From the NCBI GenBank assembly GCA_037379345.1, contig CM074515.1, positions 8,742,001-8,806,000 of the forward strand: a stretch of 64,000 nt of DNA, in the 5' to 3' direction. The position numbers were made by a program, and so were the translations under genes. Each line of letters starts with the position of its first letter. Within the stretch, counting starts at the first letter, position 1. The stretch is from Perna viridis. Its lineage: Eukaryota. The notes under the pieces were generated by a model. It worked only from the letters and a program-made list of their open reading frames with translations. It was not told where the DNA came from and did not search any database. Positions 39,901-51,900 of this stretch are shown here, piece by piece.

Positions 39901-42900
39901 TTTTAGAGTCTAGATCTTAAGCCCATTGATTTGTCCAAAACGAAAGTAGTATTTTTAGTACCTCTCTACTTTCACTTCACCATTCTTTCTTAGAAGCCAT
40001 TAAAAGTATGCTGCAATTTTTATGAGTGAGTCCCCCCTATGTTAAAACTTGTTAAAGTTCATTTTAGCTATCTTTGAAAAAAAGATTGTGACCTTGAAAA
40101 TTGCTTAATTCAACATAGAAAGTAATGGGACTTTTAATAGTGGTTTTACCCCTTAAGTTCCCTCTGTTGCCATTATCTAGACAGTTTAGTTTCCTCTCCA
40201 GTAGTGTTGCATGCTGGTCATCTATCATAATTAGAGTTATCAGACATTTCTGACAAGGAGGAATGTCTTTGTAGAGTACTCCAATGCCACGACCTTTTGG
40301 AAGGTTAAGATACTATGTCAAACCTACTGCTATCAGTAAGAATGGTTCCAAATGTTTGTCTGCATAGCTTCAGTATTAGTTTTCTGGTTCTGAGGAAAAG
40401 TTAAGATGGCAGCCAAAATAACATGAATCAGTGGAGTCTTTTTCAACATGAGGCATTCTAGACAGAGATCTTAAAATATCTTTACATGTGTAGTATTAGC
40501 TTAAAGACACAAATATGTCTGTCATGTTGTTACATGGGTCAAGTTTAGCTTTCAACCTATTTGAGTGTTTGCAGATATCATTTAAACCACAGGCTTTGTT
40601 AATTATGAGTTCAAGAGGCTCATTACACCAGGAAAAAGTTTCATCATCTTAGAAAATGAACTGCAGCCATCAAATTAAAGATGTATATATGAATTCAGAG
40701 TACCCATTTCTCCTCTAATAAATCAGTTTTAGGTCATCATATTGCATAACTTTGAAATTATTTTGTAATGCAGGTTTAATGCATAGTAAACATTCTCAGC
40801 TAATTAGTGAAATATATAAGTTTACCTATGGTTTTTTTTAGCCATTGTAAGCTTACATGATCCAGGTAACTAACTTAAAAGTTATGTCATCGAATGCATG
40901 TTTAACATATGGAAAGCTGATTTAGGTTATTATTTACATGTAAACATCTGGATAATCTCCATCATACTGATAATAATCATGTTTTTTTTATGGATGAGCT
41001 GCTCATATTTAAATGAATTTATTATTTATGCTTAATAACTGCATTTTTTAGTCATAAAACTGTGAAACCTTAATGTACCATTTCAAACATACATAATGTT
41101 GGTAAACAAAAACATTTAATTTATAATTTTTAATATACCAGTAGCTTTTCTGTGCCACTCTTTATTAAACAATGATCTTATCAGTGTTTCCTTCATGCCT
41201 GAATTTATCAGTGACTAGTGATAAGGACTTTTTGCTTGACAAAATGGTGTTTTTTTTCTATTAATTGACCAATAATGATACTTTTGATTGACCAGTTCTG
41301 TTTCATGTATTTTAATGTTCTTATGTTATTAGTATTAAGTTAAAATTCACAACAACCTCATATCTCAACTCCTTCCATGTAGTAAACTAGTATTATTGAA
41401 CCGATAATTATAAATCAGAGGGATATATTAAATAATACAAGAACTTGAGAAGTCAAGAATGAACTGGGAAAATAAAATAGCCATTATGTTTCTGACTTGG
41501 TACAGGTATTTCAAAGTGAAATATTGGGTCAAATCATGTTTTATATCTGTCCACTAGCCACATTATAGATACACTACACTGAATGAATAGTTTGTTTTTC
41601 ATCAGTTGTAAAGTATAGTGTAGTATTTACAGTTATATGTGGATCTATTGACTATTTTGTTATTTTTCATATTTCAGTTCATTTGAAGGTCCGTCCAGAT
41701 TTCCAAAGCTACATGAATGTGCACATTTCCATTATGACTTTGTTGAGCTTGGTAAAATAAAGGTACGTCATTAGTTGTATTCACCATATTTTGATTTGTG
41801 GTTTTAGCACAATTGACCTACAAATACTGTAAACTGTGCAATTTTCATGACAGTTTTATTTTCACTATTTTCGCAGTAAGACCAGCCACACAAAAATTCA
41901 ACTGTTGTGAATATTTTCTTCAGGGCACATATCTGAGGAATGATTGCAAATTTAAAAATTGTGCAAAAGCAGATTGATCACATAGACCACAAAAAAATAG
42001 ATGGGCAAAAATAAATTTCCTGGTTTGCAGTAGGCAGAAGACAACTGGCTACTCAAGTTGGTGCCCTTTGAAAATCTTTTAAATTGTGTTCAGTCTTTAT
42101 ATGACACCAACTTCATTTACCAAGTAAATGTCAGAAATAATCTTCCTCCACAGTTTAAATAACCTTATAAAGAGGAATTTGGAAGTAGTTAAGTTTCAAA
42201 ATCTAATTGCCTTGCAATGGAGTGTGTAATTAGAGTTAGAAAACTGAATTATAGAGCTATAGAATTAAACACTTTCAGTTGCTTCATTTGTTTGTTGTTA
42301 GATCTTTGAAGCTGTTCAATATTCACCAATGAATTAATGTTACACTTTTCTATAGCTTTGTCTGTTTTAATCAATATTACCAGTATGAAATAACTTAATT
42401 AAATATAGCTAATTTTGATGGGTTTTCACAAAAGTTTGAGATGTTTGAGGACAACTTAATTGTAGAATAGAATCCAAAATGTCCTCTAAGTTGGTAAATT
42501 TTAAAAGTTAGTGATTTAACTGTTAGAGTAAGAACAATCATAAGAAGGAAACTTTCAGTGCTGCATTTTGTCCAAATAGTCATCAAGTCATGGAATTGAA
42601 AAGCAGTGAAAACTAGATTAAATCAGACCATACAGGTACACATGTAAATAGATGAGCCATGCCACATATTACATCTGGTTTATACCCTCATCACATGAGG
42701 CCACAATCAGACTACACTCTCTGAAAAATTGGCAAATTTTGGTGGTCATTGTTCATTCATGATTGGAGTAAGGTTATGGTGAGGCTGTAGTAAGCGTTGA
42801 GCGTGGCCAAACTTTTAAAATGTTCAAAACAAAAGAAGTGCCATTGTGGTGAAATCTGGTCATAGTAGTACGATAATGCCACATTTATATCACTGTACAA

Positions 42901-45900
42901 GACAAAACCACAATTCCACCATGCTCATGTCATCCTTACCACATCTTATTATGACCCGACTATAATTTAGATATGACTATTTCAGCTTCTATTCATGCTC
43001 ATGTCATTGTCACTTGAAATAGTATAAAAACTCTATGGTTTGATCAGATATTTCCATCTCCATTGAACCATGGACACGCAATACCATGTAGTCATTCTAA
43101 ATCTGAATTCTTTCATAATTTAGTACAACAATTAGTCTGGTGATTTATTAGTCATTGACCAATACATCTACTCTTGCAGTAGATTTTAAGTACCAGGGAT
43201 TGTCTCTGGGATGGGTAGGTCCAAAGTCTCTACTTAGACTGGAGAGGTATCAGGTTTGCAAAGAATCATGGTGAGAGCATAGTAAGAGTGTAGTAAATGT
43301 GTTGTATAATGGTGGTGGAAGCATAGAAAGTTTTAGTTGCAATTGGTGAAATTGTAATAAGGTGGTATTAAAAACATGATAAGTCGAGTAGAATTGTGAT
43401 AAATGTAGTAAGGTTGTAGTGTTTAGAGTGATGAGAATGTGATGTGATTGTAGGTAGATTGTACATAGAAGGAAGTAACCACAAACTCACCATGATTTAT
43501 TTTAGATTGCTTTGAGAGTAGTATGATAGTGGCCTGGTGTGACAGGGGCTTTTGAGAGTAGTGTGATAGTGGCCTAGTGTGGCAGTGGCTTTTGAGAGTA
43601 GTGTGATAGTGGCCTAGTGTGACAGGGACTTTTGAGAGTAGTGTGATAGTGGCCTAGTGTTACATGAGCTTTTGAGAGTAGTATAATAGTGGCCTAGTGT
43701 GGCAGGGGCTTTTGAGAGTAGTGTGATAGTGGCCTAGTGTGACAGGGGCTTTTGAGAGTAGTGTGATAGTGGCCTAGTGTGGCAGGAGCTTTAGATATAC
43801 TGTTAATCATTATTACTAAGTATTGCTTATAACAAAGTCAGCTGAACTCCATAAATTCATCTAGAAAATTTATGCAAATGATTAAAATTATTAAAGATGA
43901 AATAAAAGTGCCAGAGCATTTTACAGTATTGATTAAAACATAAAAAATTCCACAAGTTACAAGAAGACTGATCAGTTTTTCTTCCTCTTTCCTTTTATTT
44001 TCATGCATTTTGATTAATGTTTAATTATAAAGTCCAATTTACCAATGGCTACATTAACATGATAAAAGCATTGAGAGTTCTTATTGCTTTATTGAACAAT
44101 GCAGGCAGTTATTATGTGTTATGCAATGACAGATTTGATTATTTTGGAATTGTTTCAAATTCATTTAGGTTCGAGAAGGAGAGTCATTTTTATAGACTCA
44201 CTGACATGAAGTCAAACAAGGCATGTCTTTTTCAGTCATTGACTAATTCTAAGATTTTGGCTAATTCATAATACTAGTTATTTTATTGTTAGTTAACTTA
44301 TCATGAACTGCAAATCATGTTATAGAATAGCAAATTTAATTCATTAAGTATTTCCATAATCAACTATTTAAGTCAATAATTTCATATTAAAGCATTTTAT
44401 ACTTTTATAATATATGTTTTTTTTTTAATGAATAAAAATTGCCAAGGTGAGCTATATTATTTTAATGTGATGTTGTAAATATGATGTTAAGAGTGTAGTC
44501 TGTTACTGTATTGTGAGTGAAAATTTGGTGTTTTTGAGTAAAGAAGGTATACGAAAAAATTTTGGCATTTTAAGTTTTGGCAGTTGTTAAGTGTTGTGTT
44601 CAGTTTTAAGCCTGGAGTAAACATTTTGGGAATTTATTTTGGTGTTATGGACAGACTACTAAAATATGCAAAATTAGCACCCTGCAGAAATTACCAATTA
44701 TACTGTATTTATGCATTTGCTTTTATAGGTCTGCCTTTGTGATGAAGAGCAGGAAAATTACAGACACAATGGAGAAGATTACATGGAAAGAACATTCCTT
44801 GTTAAAGTGCTTTCCAATAATAAATCCTGGAATGTCCGTCGAACTTATAGAAACTTTAGGTTACTGGATAGACAATTACACAAGTGTATCTTTGACAGGA
44901 AGTTCAGTCAGCTACCAGACCTTACTCTTCAGGAGGAGGGGTCAAGGACATATGAGGTCAGTCTCCATTTGCCTAGACTTAATCCAATTATACAGCCTTA
45001 TAATTACCAGATAAAATATCCGACATATTGTATGAATGAACTTCTCTATAAAATCATGTGAAACACTGAAATTTAATTTTCTTTTAGATAATGGTATGTA
45101 AGTGAACAATGATAGTAATTCTTATATCATCAGCATAGGCCAATCAAACATTATGTTTTTTTTGGGTTTTTTTTTGATATTGCAATAAAATTGGTGATGG
45201 ACCAACTTCATTGAAAGGGGGACTGAGCAACAGAGATAAAGATTTAGCTGGCCTTAGCATGTTTGTTTTTTATGACACAGTAGCATTTAATTGAACCTAA
45301 AATTACAGGAGATGGAGTCAGAACTTAGTAGTTACTTACAAAGGTTTACCAACATTGCTAACAGTATGTTAAACTGTGGGACAATACTCAACTGGTTTGA
45401 GGTAAGATATGCATGTTTTTTTTTAAAATAAAATCCCATTCCTTGAATCAAAAAAGCATAAAAAGAGTTTCAACATTTAATACAATATATAATGCAAAAC
45501 ATAATACTGATGATAGAGAGAAAAATCAGATAACAGCAAGTTCTATTCCTTAATTGATATTAACAGTACTACCTGTAATTGTCTTCTCAGTTATCATATG
45601 GTTCAGGTACATGTAATTAGTCATCATAATGACTTTTTATGAAAACAACCTTCAATAATATTTTGTTCAGATGATTAAAAGGAGCAAATCTTAACATGAA
45701 AACTTCTATTCAAGTGTTCAGATGTCGACCAGACTAGATGATTGCTTATGTTTTGTTCGTGTTTTTTTTACGTCCAATTCTTATTATATAGTTTTAGTAA
45801 TTGAGAATTAAAGTTTGGATATTTAGCAACTATATAGCAAATTCCCTCTGCCTTAAAATGTAGGTCATTTCTTATGTTTCAGCTTGACAACAGAGGAAAC

Positions 45901-48900
45901 CGACTGTTAGCAATAGATGATTCTGGAATCAATACCCCTGCTATAGCTGCTGCCCATGCTGTTAAAAGATATACTGCTCAAGCTGTTGATGAAATCTCAC
46001 TTGAGGTACTTACATATTCATGTGATTTGTAAACAGTAGAAATGTTTGAAGATGAGTAATGACTACCAATGCAACTAATCTTCAGAAAGTTTTGATCTAT
46101 CAAGTCAACAATAAGAAAAAGATCTTAAAACATGCTGACCATTGTCCTTTTTGGCCTAATAAAATTTATCTTAAGATGTATGAGTTCAGAAATTTATTTA
46201 TACTTTTTGTGGATCAGATAGTTAACTTAAGATTTCATAGCCAACAAAATGCACCTTATCCCATGCTGTTAATGTAGATGTAGATGGTAGACAACCTATT
46301 AATTTGATTATATACAAATCATGGTGCAACTGGTACAAAGCTGACAGAATTACATTGTATTATTGTAGGTTGGAAATATAATGTCTGTGATGACAGAATT
46401 ACATTGTATTATTGTAGGTTGGAGATATAATGTCTGTGATGACAGAATGACATTGTATTATTGTAGGTTGGAGATATAATGTCTGTGATGACAGAATGAT
46501 ATTGTATTATTGTAGGTTGGAGATATAATGTCTGTGATGACAGAATGACATTGTATTATTGTAGGTTGGAGATATAATGTCTGTGATGACAGAATGACAT
46601 TGTATTATTGTAGGTTGGAGGTATAATGTCTGTGATGACAGAATGACATTGTATTATTGTAGGTTGGAGATATAGTATCTGTGATAGATATGCCTGCTGC
46701 TGAAGATACCATGTGGTGGAGAGGAAAGAGAGGTTTTGAGGTCAGGTTTATTTTTTTATCATACTTATTATAGTTAAAAGAATATGATATTTGTGTAGCA
46801 TAATTGTTGTATTATGAAATCAGTGGTAACCGTCAGTTAAACTGTAGAATCATTACTACATCAAACTGACTTACATATGTATACAGAGTCTAAAAATGGT
46901 CAAGTCTGTGAATAAATGGGTGGAAGTTCCTGTTTTAATTTTGATTATCTTGCAATGCCTAATATGTACACTGTTTTTGCCAGTTATGATTTCTCAGGTG
47001 CTATCTTTATAATTAAATATGAGTTGTTTTTAAATAGGATGCTGTGAAGCTTTGTTTTTTTTTCAAAATTTCATTCTTAATCAAAGATTTGTGATGGTGA
47101 GTAGAGTAGAAACTTGCTTTCAACAAATATTTTACAGTTCTATGATAACTTATGTTTGTGGTTTGACTGTATCAAGAAAATTTCTTCCCAAACAACTATA
47201 ATTTTTCCTCAATAATTATGACCATTTTTCCTACATAAAAAATCCTTAAGACCTTTTATATCTTAAAGACTTTAAAGTAAAACATCAGTTTTTCTATGTT
47301 ATGTCTGACATGCCTTTCTTGTCATCAAGTTTTATGTCATAGTTTTGTTATTTTTCAATAGGTTGGATTTTTTCCCAGTGAATGTGTAGAGATTATAGGA
47401 GACAAAGTTCCATCATCAGTGGAAAACAGAATACCACTGAATAGTAGGCGACCCTGTATGCATGGTTTGATTACTAACATAGTTCATTATCAAGCCTGCA
47501 ATGTTTATGATTCTGAAATCAGTGTTTTTTCTCTGCCTTGTCATCTTTGTATACAAATATTTTTGCGTAGGTGATGGTATTTTAAATTTTTGCTTTGCAT
47601 TTCTAAGATTAACCTGATACACACCTCTTGTGTTGTAAAATTAAATACATGTTTAATTGATAAACTATTACTGTAAAGTTATGGGATGGAGAATTATTTC
47701 TTGTCTTTTTGTCTTACACATTTTAATTTATGAACCACTTTTCCTACGCCCTAACTGCTTTGTAAAATAATCCATAACTTTGATTTAGGGTGGATTTCTT
47801 CTCTACTTAGTATGGAGATACATTATGCTAATAGAATAGTCATCCAATTTTTCTAAACCAATTAAAACATTGCAGGCCTGATTGTTTTTGAAAAAAAACA
47901 TGTAGAAAACAAGTTTTGGAGATGATTGTTAATTTGACTCAATACTTTTGCATGCATCCTTACTGAATGAATAAAATGACCTCATGTATTTCACTTAAAA
48001 GCAATGAGAAGTCAATCCAAGCTAACTGCATGGTAACATATTTCACTGAAGAAAAATGTTAAAACTGTTTGTAAGCTTGGTTCTATTCTATTTTCATACG
48101 CCCATCAATTTTGACAAGATATATAATGGTATAATGATGTCTGTCGTCAACTTGTCATACAATAACTCCAAAACACTTAAAACCATTTAAATAAAAGTTT
48201 GGTCAATTCTTCATATTGATGGGAGAAAGCTCCTTTTAATTCAATATAAAAGTTTGGTCAATTCTTCATATTGATGGGAGAAAGCTCCTTTTAATTTGAT
48301 ATTAATTTCGAAGATTTAGTTTTTGTGTTAAAGGATTTTATGCATTTGAGAAAAAGGAGGGTTTTCTGTTTTCACATTCTAACTGAAAATTACTTCCAGC
48401 TAATGCCATGAAACCTTTGGATATTCTTTGTATCTATGGCCATAGGCTCCCTTTCCTTCTTTTTTTTTCATAACATTTGAATTTCTAGTTTTGATTTTTG
48501 GCATTTTTCATAAAAAAAAAAGATGGGGTGGTTTTTCCATTTTCACACTCTAACTGAAAAAAAAAAAAAACACTTTCTGCAAATGCCACAAAACTTTGAG
48601 ATATCCTTTGTATACATGGTCATAGGCTCCCATTTGTCTTTAATAAAATTTTTATTTCGTGTTTTAAATTTTTGGTACTTTTTCATAAAAAAGTGGTTGG
48701 TTTTTCTGTTTTTGCACTCTAACTGAAAAAAGATTTTTGGCAAATGCCACAAAATTTTGAGATACTATTTGTATTCATGGTCATAGGGTCACTTTCAGTT
48801 GTTATAAAGTTTCAATTTTGAGTTTTTGATGTATAATATATATAAATAGGTTGATTTTTCTGTTTTTGCACTCTAACTAAAAAATGCTTTCAGCCAAGTC

Positions 48901-51900
48901 CACAAAACTTTGAGATATTCTTTGTATCCATAGTTCCATTTGTTTTCTATAAAATTTTTGGCACTTCTTCATACAAAAGGAAGGTGGTTTTTCCATTTTT
49001 TTGCTCAGTCGATGGATGTATCATGTGCTCATGGCACAGCTCATTAATACTCATTCCCCCATCATGACCTTTCCTTTCTACATGTATATATACAAGTGTA
49101 AATGTAGGTAAACAATTTTTTTTCCAAATTTTTCAAAAATTTGTATCAAACCTTTCTTCCAAAATGTTATAAAAAAAGCCTCCTAATCTCTGTTTTAGTA
49201 ATATTAATGGTCTTAGACCTTGAATGCAACTTCTTCAGTTGTTTAAAATATTGTTATACAGTGATTAATTGAATTATCCAAGCAACTCACTGCTACATGC
49301 AAGGTTAAATAGTCAATTCAAATTAATATTGTATAATTGTATTGATCTGTGAATCATGTTTGTGATATACCTGTGTGACTAACTACATTGTTACATCAAT
49401 ACTTGTTTGTAATCAGTGTGTTATTGATATACCTGTGTGACTAACTACATTGTTACATCAATACTTGTTTGTAATCAGTGTGCTATTGATTTTGCGTTAT
49501 ATTATTTTATTTGTAACATCTCTCTCTATCTAAAGACAAGTATGTTTGATGATTAATTTTTATAAATACAATTATCTTCCAGTGATATAGATAATGATAT
49601 TTGATAGCTTTTTGTAAATATTTTTGAAGTGTTGAAGAATTCTTTATTACAGTAATACAGATTTTAATTAGAAAGTGATGAGATCCTGCAAACTTACCCC
49701 TTTGTTCTGTGTGTAGATACATTTGTTCTAATGTTATTTTTGTTATAAACTGTTTAAGCACATATTTTGTGATTGAATCACTACCTGAGAAATAAATTTA
49801 TATTGAGATATAAGCAGAATTGAAATTTTAGAGTTATGAAAACCACAAAGTGTTCTTTTAAAAATAAAATCAAACTTAACACCTGTCTAATAACTGATAG
49901 TATGTCAGAAATTAAACATGAAATGATTTTATTATTGTTTCATTTTTATTCTGTAGTGGTTAGAAAACATGGCAAGTTCCTGTCATTTTTACGGATGTTC
50001 TTTACAACTCGACCAGCAAGGAACCAGTTAAAACAGACAGGGATTGTCAAGGAACGTGTGTTTGGTTGTGACCTTGGAGAACATTTACTGAATACTGAAA
50101 ATGATGGTATGATATTTTAGCATTTTCATTTACAAAGTTTTGTGTATTTAGTCATATATCGTGGATGATCAGTGTATGTATTATAAGTCTATAATGTACA
50201 TAATCAGTGGTTTTCTTCACATATCATGCAACATTAATTCTTATCAAAATTCACAATCTTGACTGGAAACACTTTGAATTTGAATAAAACACATAATTTA
50301 TGGTGATTTGTTTGCCAAATACAGTTTTCAAATAGCTACACAAGCAAACAAAAGTTAGGGCATGTGTAGCAAGTTTACATATGTTAGCACTACGAATCAA
50401 CAATAATACAGGGACACATCTAAGGTACATATTTTGTTGATAAAAATCTAAAATTTCATGTGGGTATAGAAGATTTTTGTCTCTACAATCTCAGTATTTT
50501 TTTGTATTTTGTATTACCAGTGCCTTTAGTACTGAAGTGTTGTTCTGAGGTGATTGAACAGCATGGTATTGTGGATGGTATATATAGGTTGTCAGGGATC
50601 ACGTCTAATATACAGAAACTCAGGTATTATATATAGTTTGCATACCTGTTTACCACACAATTCCACTAAATCAAACATTGGCTTTAACGTAAAAAATCTC
50701 CCCAAATAAGACATTGTCAATGGTTAGAATCTCCACCATGAACTGTTCCAAAGGTTCACAGTTATGAGTTTGTTTTGTTTAAACAAATCTTAGTTCTTCA
50801 ATAAACTTATAAAAACCTATGTATTTTCAATCTGTAAGTGACATTTTTAGAAATTTAACAAAGAAATATGGCTGTTAAAATTTTGTTAAATTCAAGTGAG
50901 TAATAAGCTTGAAAAGAGAACATTTTGTTACCATTATAATACACTTTAATCATATTCAAAGAAAGCATACTTACAATATCTAGGGTACAAGGCATTGATA
51001 GAAATGAAGTTCTGTCTTAAATACTAGTATAGAAAAGTTATTTTCAAGTATTATTTGGATATGTTTTAGAGAATTTGTATGCAAGATTTTGGTGTTTATA
51101 GTTTATTACTTTACTAAACCCTAATGTTGAAACTGTAAATTAGGAGGTCAGGAGACATTTAGCAAAGCCAAACCCCATTGTTGCTGTGAGTGGATACACC
51201 TATAAATGATGATATTCATTTAAAAAATTGGTTGGTGAAACAAGATTTTATTGAATAGTGAAAGTTTGTGAGATATATGTCAAAAACATCTTAATGATAT
51301 TTACAAAAAAAAAAACAATTCTTTCAGGTTAGCATTTGATGAGGACAGAATTCCAGATCTAACTGCTGATGTTTATCTACAAGATATTCACAGTATTAGT
51401 TCCCTACTGAAGATGTACTTTCGTGAATTACCAAATCCTTTATTAACTTACCAGCTTTATGATAAATTTGCAGTAAGTAGGAAAGATTATATGTAATAGT
51501 AAATTTTAGTTCGAATTTAATACTCATTTTGGTTTGCCAAACCAGATGATTAGACCCAAAATTAACAGAGTATTAAGAAATAACAAAACCTAATGTAAAA
51601 ATAAAAATCATAGTGATTGAAAGAAAAATTTTTGCAAAATATTACAGACTAATTTCATAAATTATTAACAATTTTAATCAATATAATGATGTATCATTTC
51701 TTGTTAGGCTTTGCTGGGTCTGTAAAGTCACATCGGGATCCAAACTGAAATAAAATAAACGTAATAAATATAGATAGTCATATGAAATTCTGGATATTAA
51801 AAACTCAATCAAACAATATAAATGTGCAAAAATATATTTACATAATATGGGTTTCTTAAGTGTATAGTATAAACATTTATCTGTTTCAAATTAATTTGAC

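Noticed and set aside
23985-46685. Tandem arrays as CRISPR-like loci
   Set aside because: Eukaryotic context, head-to-tail units with no unique spacers, no cas genes
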